DNA of 64,000 nt from positions 62,001-126,000 of the forward strand of contig JALDZX010000024.1 in assembly GCA_022813865.1 (NCBI GenBank), given 5' to 3'. The position numbers and the translations under genes were made by a program. A model generated the notes under the pieces. The model saw only the letters and a list, made by a program, of their open reading frames with translations. It searched no databases and was not told the DNA's origin. Source of the DNA: Xylographa opegraphella (lineage: Eukaryota). This document shows positions 1-13,755 of this stretch, piece by piece (the first letter of the stretch is position 1; every line of letters begins with the position of its first letter).

Positions 1-102
1 CACCTCGTTGTTGTTGTCGGTCACTTTGATATTGAGATGTTCAGACTGGGCCTGCTCCTCAGGCTTGTTCACCACGCTAGGTGACTGCTCTTGCTCGGAC
101 AT
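1..102 (-). CDS. SMT3: SUMO (small ubiquitin-like modifier), 5' part; gene continues beyond the window start
   Basis: ATG at 102 reads MSEQEQSPSVVNKPEEQAQSEHLNIKVTDNNNEV; EHLNIKVTDNNNEV is the typical start of the fungal SUMO ubiquitin fold. Too short for the ORF track. Confidence 0.93.
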   Translation of the reverse strand, partial: MSEQEQSPSVVNKPEEQAQSEHLNIKVTDNNNEV

Positions 103-616
103 GATAGTTCTGGTCAAGGAAAGGTCACGGCCGGGACAATAGAGATCGCTGGGGGCAACGTCGGTGAACTACGCAGGATTGTGCTAACCGGAAGGCTGAA
201 CTGATCACAAATCAGTATGGCAATAGTATCATAACATGGAGTACAACGCCTAGCATACGGTAATCTGAGATGTGTCGCGTCTGATACCAAAGTGGTTGAT
301 GTTGTTGGAGTTGCAGTAAGAGGATGAGCAAAGAAGAGGGTGACAATGTACCATGGAAGAGGAAAGAAACGCTGGTGTGTGAATGGCGAGGAGTGACGCT
401 GCCCCGCTGCGGACCAATCAAAACAAGCGAGGCGGCGGATATCTTCACTGTCAACACGCAGCTTTCCATGACGTGCAGCCGGTAGAAAAGTGAAGAATCT
501 TGGACAATTTTAGCAATGTATGATGGTTTCTAGTTGCGCCTTTGAGGTCGTTGCATACTCCGTACTGACCACTGATCTACCCATAGTAGATTTAAAAGTG
601 GAAAACAAAGTATACT

Positions 617-673
617 TGCATTGGAACTCTACAGGCAGCTTCTCGTGCATTGGAACTCTATAGGCAGCTTCTC
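617..673. repeat. Tandem duplication of a 28-nt unit (period 29)
   Basis: tgcattggaactctacaggcagcttctc (617-644) and tgcattggaactctataggcagcttctc (646-673); one C/T difference. Confidence 0.95.
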
Positions 674-693
674 AAACATCCTTGAGAAGAGCA

Positions 694-1102
694 ATGGTTG
701 GACTACATATCGCTGTTTGAGAGCACCTGGCTAAGATATATTGGTAGGGGGCGCAAGACGCAGTAAAATCGGATCCTCCATGCCATGCTCTGGCTGTGAG
801 TCATTCCCGTTCTCGACCCATACCATCACTCACTGAACTACGTAGTGCGCCATTCAAGGTATGAGTAGGGTGACTTTGGTATTGCGATGTACTGCAGTAA
901 CTATACGTTCAGACGCTCATGCCTCTTAGATTGCCTGGCCAAAAACTCGTATAAAGAAGAAAAATGCAAGGCACGTGTAGATGCACTTTACGCATGCTGC
1001 AAACTATTCTATGAGCAGCAGGGCGACGACGCAAAGACCGTGAGCTGTCCGAAAGCCAGCTTACTGCGTCTCAAATTGAAGCAGCGCGCACAGGGAATAT
1101 GA
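694..1102 (+). CDS. CMC4: Twin Cx9C mitochondrial intermembrane-space protein (Cmc4/MTCP1 family)
   Basis: Exons 694-696, 748-795, 846-858, 930-1102 with GT-AG introns give MGAQDAVKSDPPCHALACAIQDCLAKNSYKEEKCKARVDALYACCKLFY...TVSCPKASLLRLKL, the Cmc4 cysteine pattern. Confidence 0.88.
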
Positions 1103-1672
1103 GAGTAGAATTGAAGGCTTATTGAATTATTGTACTGGTTTTGAATCCTGAGACACAAGGCTGTAGCTGTGGCACGGGAGGGAACTTTTCGTATCAGATG
1201 TGATCAGTATTCTTAACATGATTATGTAGCAGTAAATATGGCTTTCAAGGCCTTCATCCCTCCCGAAAGAGATCTCTGGTCTGGTGTACATTCGCTGCCG
1301 AACTGATCTTAGGCGATCGTGAGCACGCATAGAGATCCTCATGGGACCTGAACAAACACTGATACACTCCAAAAGGAGGTCTGTTCCGAGACTCTAATGA
1401 TTGCCTGTAAAGACATTGTTGAAGAACGAAAGACTTTTTCTGTCCGCAAGGATTTAAAGCCGAATGGATTTCTTGGCATCGCGCTAGTACAAAGCCCGGA
1501 CGCGATTCTGTTTGAGCGGTGCTCTGTTTGGGAAGATATTCAGATGCTCTGAAACAACAAGTCTTCCACCCCCTGATACCAGCTGCTGCTGGGAGTTGCG
1601 GGACTCTGGCGCTACCTGAACTACTACTTTTCTATGCAGACCTGTGCCCTCTCTTGAGGCGTGTAATACTTC

Positions 1673-4600
1673 ATGATGGCAAGCAGAGTACCAGTAATGA
1701 TTTCCAACTTAGCCACTGGTGCTTTGCTGATCTATTATAGCAAACAGCGAGAGAAGAGAGCTGGGATAGTTTACACGTTGGTTACATGGCACATGTTATG
1801 CAGGAATTGCTATGACTAACGAGAATGTCTCCATAGTACTCTGAGGCTTCAAATGCCTCCAGCCGGGAAGAAGCGTCCGAAGAAGCCAATGTCGAAGCTC
1901 TAAGGTCGCCGCCAGCCTTTCTAACCGTCGGCGACGTTCAACGGGCCATACATCCTCTCCGGGCTACGGCAGACCGTGTAGGGCAACAAGTGGAACGGTT
2001 TGCTGAATCACTCGACCGCTTAGGCTCCAAGAAACAGCACAAGTTTGAGAACAATTGTTATCGTCTGCTTCCTTTAGTCGCTGAATATGAAGCAATCGCG
2101 AGTCGTACTGTGGACCGGTTGAGAAAGGTATATGCGCCAGCCAAGTTGAACAAGTCTCTGAAGACCTTCAAGCGAAAAAGTCGTAGCTCTAACGACCGGT
2201 CCATGCCAATTCATATACATGAGGACGGGGATGAAGTGGGTATGTCGAATACTACCATCGAAGATTTGCACCAATGGGAGCAAGAGAAGCAAACCTGGCG
2301 ACTACTATCATTGATGCTGCAGGCAGAATATCCCACAAAAGAGGCCTTACCGTTGGATACTTGTTACAATGGCAAAGCAAAAAGGCCAGCTTCTCGTGGC
2401 TCAACACATCTATATTCCTCTGAACATGACTTATGGCAGACATTCCTTGCAGAGGACGATGTTGCATGGGAACAGCACACCGTCTTAGAGTGGCTAAAAA
2501 GGAGCGCAGAAAGTTCTGGTGACGAAATCGAAACCGTAGTGGAGGATCTTGAACAAGCTTCTGAGAGAGGAGCTGGTCTGAATCCGCAAGGATGGTTGTT
2601 CTCCAGACTTGAAATCAAACGGCACAAGGTCTTGCGTGTTTGGCCAAAACCGCTTGATCCGAATTCACCAGGGATGGACACTTCGCTAGTTAATCCGGAT
2701 CGTACGAAGAGACTTGTATGCCAACTTGACCCCGACGTGTTCAGTAGACAAGGTAGAAGTTTAAGTGAGGAAGATGTCTTTTTCGAAAGAGCACAATGGC
2801 GGGCATGCTGGGAGATGCTCAGGAGAGGCCGAAGCTGGGAAACAATCCGAGAATGGTGTCAGAGTCGAAAGGATGGTTGGAGAGCTCTTTGCATGTATGG
2901 TGATGCCCGGACAAGTGAGCATGGTACATGGCAGTCAAAGATTCTTTGGCGCCGCATATGTCTCAAAGCTGCGAAGCTTGGCGGTATAGATGAGTATGAG
3001 AGGGCTGTCTATGGCGTACTCGGTGGCGATCTATCAACTGCAGAAATGGTCGCCCGTGGATGTGATGACTTCCTTTTCGCCCATTACAACTCATATCTAC
3101 TCCGATCCTTTGACAGTTTCCTCGAGAAGAAATTTGTGTCAATCAATGGCTCCATACGTCCGTCTGCCCCCAACGGTTTCCAGGGCATGTCTGCGGCGCA
3201 AGTGGTAGATAAAATGCTTCAAACGGAATCATTTGAGACAGAATCAAAAAACCCACTAAAATCGCTCCAGGCGAGCTTGATTTCAAAACGATTTGGGCTA
3301 TTCGTTCGAGAACAGGGTCGAAAATGGGCTCAATTGGAAAATATAGAAGTGAAATCAAAGATAATGGATAAGCCAGAGCCTCAATCCGCCAAGCCAACTT
3401 TTGCAGCAGATTTCACACTTGAAAGCTATGACTTCCTCCGAATTCTCACACACATGATATTCATCTTCCAGGAACTTGAGCCTGACATCTACGAGTCCTC
3501 CGCTGCTCAAAACATCGTCGTCGCTTATGTTGACTACCTTGGAAAAGCTGGTAAGCAGCAGCTGCTACCACTTTATGCATCTCGACTTCCTGCTGCACGA
3601 GCTATACATTGCATGGCTCGTCAATTACCATTTATCACGGATTCCGGCGAACGAAATATCACTGCGGAGTTGATGAGACAGTATAAGATGGACGTGAAGG
3701 CTGTTCTCAACTTGCAACTGATCTTAATTCTCATGGACATGCAAGAACCGGAAGCGGAAAATATTAATGATTATCCCAGACCCGTCATTCTCGATTATGA
3801 TTACAAGAACGACAGGCCAAAGTCCATGCGACCAGTAAAACGGGGATTTATTGGCCGTTCTATCAACGGAGACGAGCAAGACGTACTAAATGCATTTGAG
3901 TGGTTCTTGTTGCTCGACGGGCTCTGGCAGGAAACTATGAAATCTGGTACGATTCTATATCAGTATCTCCTAGGTATGTGTCACTGTCGTAAGTGTCGTA
4001 GCTGCAAGACTGATAATCGTGCTATAATGGCAGAATCTGGCAGACTAGCTGCTGCACGACAGCTCTCCAAAACGGTAACATTTTCGATCATCTCCCTCAA
4101 CAAGACAGAGAAATTGCTGGGCAGATCTATCGATATTGCGAACAGCCAGAACACCAGTGAAGACGAGTATAATGATGACCATGGCATGCGACGCAGTACA
4201 AGATCCAGAAGCAACCAGGTCCGTCGACGAAGACGCAGCTCTTCAAAGCGCATGTATCAAGCAGAACGTGAGATTTTGCTTGGTTACAGCGAAACATTTC
4301 TTGACTTTGAAAATCTGATGGTTGCTCTGGATGCGTTGGAGAACTGGAAAGAGATTGAAGTGCAAGTAAAGAAGTGAGTGCCGATCCCGCAGTAATAGTG
4401 ACCAAACGATGCTAACCGGTTGTTTCAGTATCGGGGACCCTCGTCATGCAAAATCCTGGAAGAAGGAGATACAGACCGCTCATGATGCAGTGGTCGCGTC
4501 GATGCAGCCCCTTCTGTATGGCTGGCTACAGCATCCAGCTGATGGTTCGTCGCCGTCGCTTTGCTCGCAACCCTGATAACTAACAGAAGTGCTAGACGCA

Positions 4601-4930
4601 GAAGCCCGCGCCATCAAGAAGATCAAAATCGGGTACCTCCCCGAAATGATCTTGGCGTACAACAGTGTGCTCCAATACGCAGGACACGTACTCAGCCGGG
4701 AGATCCTTCTCCAATGCATGGATCTGGCCGCCACGGTCGCAGCCGAGAACTCAGACCTGTCCGAAGTTTTCGTCCGAGCGGGACGGATGTCGGAGCTCGT
4801 CGATTCCATGGCGATTGCGAGCAAAAGCATCCTGTGCGCGCAAGAGAAGGGTCAGAAAGCGGGCCGGAAATGGAAGAAGGTCAATGGCGCGAGCATGGAT
4901 ATATGGAATGTGAGGGCGTCGTCTTCGTAG
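1673..4930 (+). CDS. NUP84: Nucleoporin Nup84/Nup107 (Y-complex)
   Basis: Motifs HPLRATADRVGQQVERFAE, WEQEKQTWRL, QLDPD, CWEMLRRG, YERAVYG, YLPEMILAY. The ORF at 1990-4377 extends upstream in frame to an acceptor at 1836; two small 5' exons are inferred from ATG 1673; 3' exons run to TAG at 4930. Confidence 0.92.
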
Positions 4931-4949
4931 TTGCGTAGCTGCGATCGAG

Positions 4950-6046
4950 GTTGTACAAACGCCATCACAATCCGATTGTGGTGCGGGACGCAAATCCTTC
5001 TTGCCGGTTCGTGGAAAGGAGTGCTGGATGAGGGACTGTTTTGGTGGCTCGAGAGAACTCTTGATGTTGGATAGATATCCTCCACCTCCATGAAAGAAGT
5101 TGCCACACTTGCCCTTGCCCCCGTCCAAGTGCCTCACAGCTCCTGCATCCCTGGCGGCGAATATCCAGCCCGCTGCTCCAGAATCAATCTCCCCCGACCT
5201 TCCGCTTCGAACCATCATCCTCCTACTCCGCCCGCACTTCCACCTCCATCCCAACCGCCATTTCCGCAGCATCCAACCTCCCCCCCCCCCAATCTCATCC
5301 CAATGCCCATCTCCAAAGCACCCTCCCCTCCCCTCCCCTCCGCTCCCCACCGCCTCCAGAACCCAACGACACGACCCCCTCCCGCCGCTCGAATGTTTAG
5401 CTAAGCCCTAACCCGCTACCGATCCACCCTTCGAACCCTCCCCCTTCCCCCTTCCCATCTCTCCTATCCGATTTCCCATCACCTCCCCTCCCTCACACTC
5501 AATCTCTAGCTCAACACCAGCACCCCCCACCCCTTCCTACCCTAGCCGCATCCGCATCCGCGCCGACGCATACACACCCTACCACCACCCACGACCACCT
5601 GCTACGACACTGACGAAAGCCGTCTCGCACCAGTCGAACATGCGGGTGGAGGTTCTTCTGGCATGTCTGCCGCTAGGGAGGGGTGTGGGTTCTTTCCGGC
5701 AGAAGATGTCGGAGATGAGATGAAGGGAAGGGAAGGGGTGGGAAGATAGGACGGCGAGGAAAGGAAGCTGGGGGAAGATGAGGGTGGCGGCGAAATTTAG
5801 TTCGGTGGAGAGTTCGGAACCGACGAGGTAGGATCGGCAGGGAGGGTTTTGGGATGGAGTTGTCGTCGACTCGCAGAATCCGAGGCGAGGCTGGGGGAAG
5901 CGAGCGAGAGAGCGCTCGGAGCAGAGCCGCAATTGGGGTGGACACAGTGAAGGGGACGGGATATACGGATGCGTGTGCGTGTGCGGTAAGTAATTCGGGT
6001 ATCTCGTCCATCGGCACCATATCACCAAGCAAGCAACAGCCAGCAA
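4950..6046 (-). pseudogene. Possible decayed or orphan reading frame, unknown function
   Basis: One minus frame runs from ~6046 to 4751, broken only by TAG at 5579, 5537 and 5408, with C-ending then G-ending codons like neighbouring genes. No homology recognised and no good ATG. Confidence 0.25.
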
Positions 6047-6091
6047 GCCAGCCAGCCAGCCATGAAACCCCCTCCATATCCCACCCCGCCC

Positions 6092-8600
6092 TCACGCCAC
6101 GAACAACTTCCCCGCAAACCTCAGCTCCCAGCACCTCGGATCCCCCGCATCGAAAGGCGCGGTTGCACGCTCACGGATGTGGGTATCTGCAGCCACCGTC
6201 AGTGAATGCAACCAGCACGACATCGCAGACGAGCAACTCACGACTCAACCGGATCTCGTCGAACCAGCGCACGACAGCGGCGTCACCGCACTCAATCGGG
6301 CCCAGGAATCCGCTTTCCGGGCGTGTGCTTGTCTTCGGCGGCACGCCGCGCATGCGGAGCAGCATGGCGATGAGCTCGGCGAAGGTGGCGCCCTGCTGGA
6401 CGTAGTAGGCAGGGGGGTAGTGTAGAGGCCACTGCGAGGGGGGTGTCAGAATCCCCGGTGGGGGCTCGGGACGTGGGGAGGGGTGGAGACGTACGCTTTC
6501 GAGGGGCTGGGGCCTATCCCAGGCGTGGTACAGCCAGCACATGCGCTCGGCGCAGCTGAGGAGGATAAGGGCTGTCAGGAAGGTGGCGAAGCTCTGGCTA
6601 TGGGATTTGGCGAGGAGGCGGCGCTCGAGGTCGTGCAGGAGACGGCGGCTGAGGGTGGAGGCTTTTTGTTCGGTGAGGGCGCGGAGCTGGGTGAGGATGT
6701 GCTGGTGGTTTGAGGCGCTGGGGGGGAGGGCGTGGAGGTTTTCGTGGTTGGGAGGGCTGGGGAGGTGGATGTTGCTGGGGGGGCCGTCGTACGTGTAGAT
6801 GTGCCAGTGGGAGGCGGAGTCGAGGAGGAGGGTGGTCAGGTCCCAGAGTTGGGTCGCTTGGCTGAGGAGGATGTCCTATATACAACTACTTAGCTGTGGT
6901 CAAAGTAGAGATATTCGATGAGCTCAGGCAATTTGAGATCGTGGTTGGTGCGCTCTCTTCGACTTACGTTTCTCTCTACGCATAGGCTGGACGCTAGACC
7001 GATTGTGACCGTCATGAATTGTGAGGGTTCTTCTTCATGTAAGTACGGCCCAACGACTTTGACATATTTGTCGAGTTTTGCCAGAGAGTCGATGGAGGAA
7101 TCATCAAGTAGTAATAATTGAGACCGAGTTGCACTCAAGGGCGATATTCCAAAATTATGGCCATCTTCCGGGGAGTCAAGGATCACTGCACCAAAGGATA
7201 CATAAATTTCACTGTCTCGGACGTGTGTTGCCACAATTTGGCCAGGGAATTTGGTGAAAGCGTAACTGGTATCGCGACCCTGAGCTCGATCGATTTCCTG
7301 TTGCGCGAGCTTACCGTATAAACCTGTTGAAAGGGTCAGAAAAATCATGAGGCTTTAGGGAGCAAGTAATTACCAGTAGAATACAGTTCAAACTCGGATG
7401 CGATGCGGGTCCTCATACAAGGAGTTTTCCATAACCGAGCACTCTCTATGCCGGAACATGTACTGCATGGATCACCTCCAGAACACTAGGGAAAGTTGTA
7501 AGTATAAGCACGATTGAGATCATTGCAGGATATCTCACCGTCTTCCTCAGCATCCTACATCTGATACACGCACCCCTTTTCCTCACCTCCTGAACCTCCT
7601 TACGCCTTACGTCGCTGAACTTGCCCCTGATCTTCTGCACTCTGTGGTGCTGTTCTCCCGAAGAGCCGGTCATGGACTGTGAATTTGGTTCATAACTCGG
7701 ACCATACAAGTGAGTAGAAGCTCTTTCAAGCCTGGCTACCGTATCGCTGGAGGGACTTCTGCTCACAATAGTCCGCTTGGAGGGCCACGTCGAAGGAGAC
7801 CTTAGTGCCTGGATTTCAGAGTAGACATCGAACGGACTGTGAGCATCTTTATTTTCAAGACTAACGGAGGGCTCCGCCTCCATCAGTGAGGCCTGCAACC
7901 GACTAGCCGAGTCTGCAATATTGGCTAGATCACTCTCTGCACCACCAGCGGCGGTAGGGACGCCAACCGCGTGATCAGCAACCGGGAACGTAGACGACAA
8001 AGACGGATCCGCAAGGCCCGAAACCAAAAACTGGTCAGAGTCAAAGGCGATCGAAGTAGCTACCATCATCAGCAAGCAGAAATCCTAACCCTGACTCCCC
8101 CCATTCCACATACCAAGCTCATTCTGCACCCTCCGCTCCGCCCCAAATAGCCGCTCATAACCCTCATCCTCCTTCAAGCTGGGATCGATTACATTCTCAT
8201 CCTGCAAGCTCGACGACACCGGATACTCCACCCTCCGACTCGCTTCCGCCAGCGCCTCCAACCCATTGAGTCTCTTCCCCGCAGTGGACAAGCTCTTAGC
8301 AGACTCGGCTCCCCCAGAACCGACACCGAGACCCCTCCCGGCTCCGCTCACAAGCTCCCCAAATCCCCCTCTGTGCGTGGGCTCCGGCACCTGCCTCAGC
8401 TGCAGCAGTGCGCGATCCCGCTCGTCCCTCGACAGAGCACCGCACTGCTTCGCCAAGTGGCCAGCCAGGCTCTCGATGCGGCCCTTGGGGAAGTGGGCGT
8501 TGCATGCCTTACATGTGTACTGGTACCTATTGCTCGCGTCTTCTAGCTTAGGTCCCCGGGAGAAGAACTCAAGAACGAGTGGGTTGGGCTTACGACCCAT
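6092..8600 (-). CDS. Zn(II)2Cys6 transcription factor with N-terminal C2HC (BED-like) zinc finger
   Basis: MGRKPNPLVLEFFSRGPKL...YTCKACNAHFPKGRIESLAGHLAKQC, then RGKFSDVRRKEVQEVRKRGACIRCRMLRKT/CSGGDPCSTC across an intron. The C-terminal exons include LLHDLERRLL...CAERMCWLY and end PFDAGDPRCWELRFAGKLFVA* (stop 6092-6094); five GT-AG introns. Confidence 0.85.
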
Positions 8601-9269
8601 GATTCGGGGGTATAGGTCTGGTGGATGAGGAGAGTGAGGGACATTGTGGGAGTGCGAAGTAAAGGTAAGGCGACCTGAGTGGGACGTTGGTATGGTGTCG
8701 AGGTATAAGGCGAGAGATATATGCCGAAAAGGCACTTACCCGGTGGTGAGGCTTGTGGAAGCTTTTCGATCAATATCATTTCATGAAACGTGCTACGTTG
8801 AAACATCCATAAGATCTGAGGACCATTCACCACATGGGCACCATTATAATGCTCAAACTTACACGCCCTTCCCGGCAATTTGTTACATTCCAAAACCACT
8901 ATGAGCTTGATCTTAACAGGCACACTTGAATTCATTGCCAGCCTTCTCGTGCTACTAAATACTGATCGCTTCTATATACACATCACAACCAACACCTCGC
9001 TTTTGTACAGCACGACACAAGACCTCGAAAGTACAGACGCCTATCGCGGCAGCTCATGTTGCATCCTGCAAAGCAAATCATCTTGCCAGGCCTGGCAACG
9101 CCTGCAACCCCGTCTAATGCAGATGGTACAGTACAATACCCCAGTCATACCTTTAGCTCCTGTTGGCAAGTCTGTGGCAAGACACCTAGCGGAGAACGGG
9201 AAAACTTATGAATACAACCTAGCCTGAGCTAGGGAATGAAGGAGAATGTCGATGCCGACGTGTGAGAGG

Positions 9270-12200
9270 CTAATGAGACCGACTTGGGCTTGCATGGGAA
9301 GAAATGCGGTCAGGAACGGCTAGGCGCAGACCGGAAGGACGGGGTTGATCCGAACCATGATCTGAAGAATGAGGCAGCTGCTGGCCAAAACTTGGAGACA
9401 GCTCTGGTAATTGGCTTGGAGGCATTAGATATGTATTAGAAGATGGTCCAGCTATGACTAGGTCATTTCGGTCTGTGTCAGGGTGAATCTCTATCCCGTC
9501 GTGGGCCTCCAAATCGGATCTACCTTGAAGAGGCGCGCAATTCGAGACGTTCCCTTCTGCGTCTCGTCGCTCGATTGGAGACCATCCACCGATGCTGCCA
9601 GCAACAATGCCAGCCATTGCTGCCGCAGGACCGAAGGCAGAATTTGATCGGGACCGCCCTCTTCTTCGAGTCATGGATCTGCGAGAATCAGGCGTAGGCG
9701 GAGCTGGGCTGCCACCGCCAAATTCATTGGATTGCTGACCTGTAGGTGTTTGCGGAAGAGAGCTAGTGCGAGACCTCGACCCGCTTCGTGATCTTGGAAC
9801 AAACATTTCGCTAGGATGTGACAGTTTGTATTTTAGTACAGCGATACGTCCACCACGAAGCATTTTCAAGAACGCAAGCTCTTCCTTGATCTCCTCAAGG
9901 GCTGGATTCCATTGATAGTGCCGTTCTTCATCAGAGACAAATACTTCAGGTGTTTTCTTGCGACGCAGGAAATCCGGTATAATCTTCCTAACAAGATCAT
10001 CCGGAATTAGGCGGATCAGGATAGCAGCTGGTACAGAGAGCAGACCAAGGACTATTGAAATAGCCCAAGATCTCGCCTTGAGTGGGTGAATGGCGAAAGC
10101 CGCACCGCCAACGAAGATAATCAGAATCTGTCCACCAACAATCACAACCTGGATTCCAATAAAGAACCAGTTGCGTAACATTCCTTCGAAAATGTTAAAC
10201 TTGTTGTCAATTCGGCGACAGTTGTACTGGTTGAATATTTGCATCCAAACAAAAGTATTGAATATTAAAGTCTGTAACTCTCCTGAGCCGAGGTACGTAA
10301 GAATTGAGGGACCGGCGAAGTATAAAATAACAGTGACCACCAATTGATAGATGGATTGACCAACAATCATCTTCCACATAGTGAGAGTGATCAATGGTGC
10401 AGTTTTTGGTTCTGGTTTTCGATTGAGAATGCTTGGAGTAGGGGCGTCAGTCGCCAAGGCTAGAGCTGCAAATGTATCCATGATAAGGTTAACCCAGAGA
10501 AGTTGAACAGCAGTCAAGACTGATGTCTCGCTGGAACTCGCTACGGCCGTAATAAATGTCAAGACTACGGCTGTAATATTGACAGTCACTTGGAACTAGG
10601 CGAAATCGTCAGTCGCATTTTGAGTTCCAATCTGGAGAAGTGACATACCTGTAGAAACTTCTTGACGGAATCATTTACCGCTCGACCCCACATGATAGCT
10701 TTGACAATGGAAGCGAAATTATCGTCCATAAGAATGATCGCCGAGGCTTCCTTTGCCACTTCTGTACCAGCAATACCCATAGAGAAGCCAACATCAGCCG
10801 TTTTCAAAGCCGGCGCATCATTTGTTCCGTCTCCTATTTCTAATGTTAAACATGATCGCTGTCAAAATGCTGCAACGACTCACCAGTCACGGCAACTGTT
10901 TCACCAAGTTCCTTTAGTCTTTTTACCAGCAGACGCTTGTCATCTGGACTAGACCTTGCCAGTACTTGTAGCCGAGGGATTGTTTGGTTCATCTGGGCTT
11001 TGCTCAATTTACGGAACTGAGGACCTTCCATGACAAACCCACCAGGGGTGTAGATACCACACTCCTCGGCTATTGCCTTCGCCGTCAGTATGTTGTCTCC
11101 CGTGACCATACGTACAAACACTCCCGCATTTTGGCAATCCCGTACAGCTTGAGCTACTCCATCACGGAGAGGATCCTGGAGACCCACGATGCCAAAGAAT
11201 ACCATATCTCGAAAAACGTTATCAAAGACTGCCATTTTAGGGTCATCCGGTTCCGTAGGACACCCTTTCGGTGGCCAGCGATCGAAGTCTTTGTATAGAA
11301 GCCCTATGGTCCTCAGGGAATGTGAAGCATAAGAGTCGATCACAGCAGTCAACGCATTTGTGTTCTCCGTGGTCAAAAGAACTTCGTCCAGGCCTTTGGT
11401 AGGATCGCGGATAATCTTCTGGCATTTGGCAAGCATAATCTCGGAAGCTCCCTTCACATAGAGCCTATATTTTCCAGTACCGGTCTTTACAACAGTCGCC
11501 ATGCACTTTCTTCCTGAGTCAAATGGGACTAATTGGACAATGTTGACACTCGAGCGCTCCTCCCCAAGGGAGCCCATTGCGAGGTGGTCTCGTGCAAAGC
11601 TTAGTAATGCAGTTTCCGTTTTGGAACCAATGAAGTCCTCTCCACCGTTCTTCTCATCTTCGAAGGCAGTTGTGTTCGCGACGATAGATTCCTTGAGTAG
11701 CTCTTTCACGTCGGATTCAAGCGTCGAAACGATTTCGCTAGATGGGAGTGCCCCACCAGCGCTTGGGGGTCTCTGTTCATTTTCGATATTAAGAGAGGTT
11801 GGGGATGTTCCATCGTTGATTTTTTTATCTGCAAAAGCAGACGTGGTACCGAAAGTTCCGGCAATTATGGACATCTTATTTTGAGTGAGCGTGCCCGTCT
11901 TGTCGGAACAGATCGTGGTCGCATTTCCCATCGTCTCACAGGCTCGTAAGAGACGCACAAGGTTGTTGTCCTTTAACATTCTGGTTGTCGCGAAAGCAAG
12001 TGCCAGTGTTACTGCAAGAGGCAGGCCTTCCGGGACTGCCACAACGACAATGGTCACGGCCACGATAAAGACGTTTAGAAACTGCTGTCCCTTTTGCGAT
12101 GGCCCACCTTGGATAGAATTCAGGCGAATACAAAACTCAATGAAGGTCACAACGAAAAGTAATAAGCCTGCACCAAGGCCAAGCTTTGCAATGTATTCAG

Positions 12201-13755
12201 CAAGGACATTCAGCTTCGACTGAAGTGGGGTTGTTTGCGCATCTTCGCGAAGAGACATCATCGTCTTACCATAGCACGAGTTGACGCCCACGGCGGTCAC
12301 CAGAAATGTGCCGATACCTTCGGTGACCTTGCTTCCAGAAATGATAAAAGGATCAAGCTTCGCAACGTTTCCACGGCCTTCGATTACACGATAGACCTCA
12401 GCCCCTGCGGATTTCTTGAGCAAGTCCGATTCACCTGTAGCAGATGATTCGTCGCAATGAACATTATATCCGGAAATGAAAATGCCGTCCACGGGGATCA
12501 TGTCACCGGGCTCAATGTGTACCACATCTCCAACCAAGATGTCATGAACCGAAAGTTCGCGGGATCTTCCTGAGCGGATGACTTTCACAAGCCTATCGTC
12601 CTTTTTCTTATTAAGTTTGACGAACTGACGTTCTTTCTGCCAATCATTTGCAGCTCCGACAACAACGACTATCACAATAGCAACGACAATTGCAACTCCT
12701 TCCACCCATTGCACGCGAGCTTCACCATCTGTGGCCGTGATGCTCTGGTAAATCCCAAGAGCTAATGATATGACGGCCGCAACGGTCAAGAGTATGAGAA
12801 CCTTGTCATTGTATGCCAGCCAAGCAAGCTCGAAGATACTTTTCGCTTTCTTCTCCGGTAAATGATTATCACCGAAGATCCGCTTGCGATCGATGAATGA
12901 GTCGTTTGAGAGCTTTGAAGTTGTGGCATTCGTGGCAGTTCTTGAAATGGGCCGATCATCCTGATCTTTGAGCTCCAGCTCCTCCGGACTTATCACGGTG
13001 GCATCCTCAAAGCTGACAACACCGTCCAGTGTTTTCTCATCAATGGATAGACCACTCAGACGATCGGTACGAAGACCCTTCTCCAGTCCTCTCAGTCCGC
13101 CCAAAGCATGGAACGCGCTCAGGCTCTTTGGATTGAAGAGCTTACTCAGTTGCCCAGGTGAAAATGCGAATCGGTTATCCGCCACGTTGAAATCAGCTTC
13201 AGTGCCGGGATCAGCTTTCAGTGCTTCGTCGTCCCCAAGTAAATGGTCATTGCTATGTGCCGTATCAGAAAGCCGACCGTCTCCGAGTTGGGATGATGCG
13301 GGTGATGGGATAAATGTGTCACCACCATACGACGTGGGAGAATGTGTCACATCATCCGAATCCACCGAATTACCCCGAGATCTTGCGGTAGGTACGGAGA
13401 GAAAATTCTGTGGCTGTCGGTCATTCCATTTGGTCGGAGAGGATACATTGTGCGGGGACGTGGGTCGGCTGCTGTCGAACGAATGAGCAGCACGCAACTC
13501 GATAGGGGAAGAGTCTTGAGGCAGTGACCCTGATCCAGGATCTCGAATGTCGTTCGGTACCTCGTCATGGTCTTCATACGGCGCCTGCGGACGATTAGAA
13601 AGAGGCACTAGGGGATGCGCGCCATCTTCAGCAAGAGGCGGACTGACAGCAGACGTGTCAATTGTTATGGTTGGGGCACGTTGCCGGCGGGCGGATGCTG
13701 TCGATGTTGTCGATGTTGTCGGCTGCTTTTTATCATTCTCGCTCGGGCTGACCAT
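9270..13755 (-). CDS. PMC1: PMCA-type (P2B) vacuolar Ca2+-transporting P-type ATPase
   Basis: [30 protein letters not shown] phosphorylation motif, [18 protein letters not shown] across an intron, [15 protein letters not shown] at 13755 is in strong context. Confidence 0.96.
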
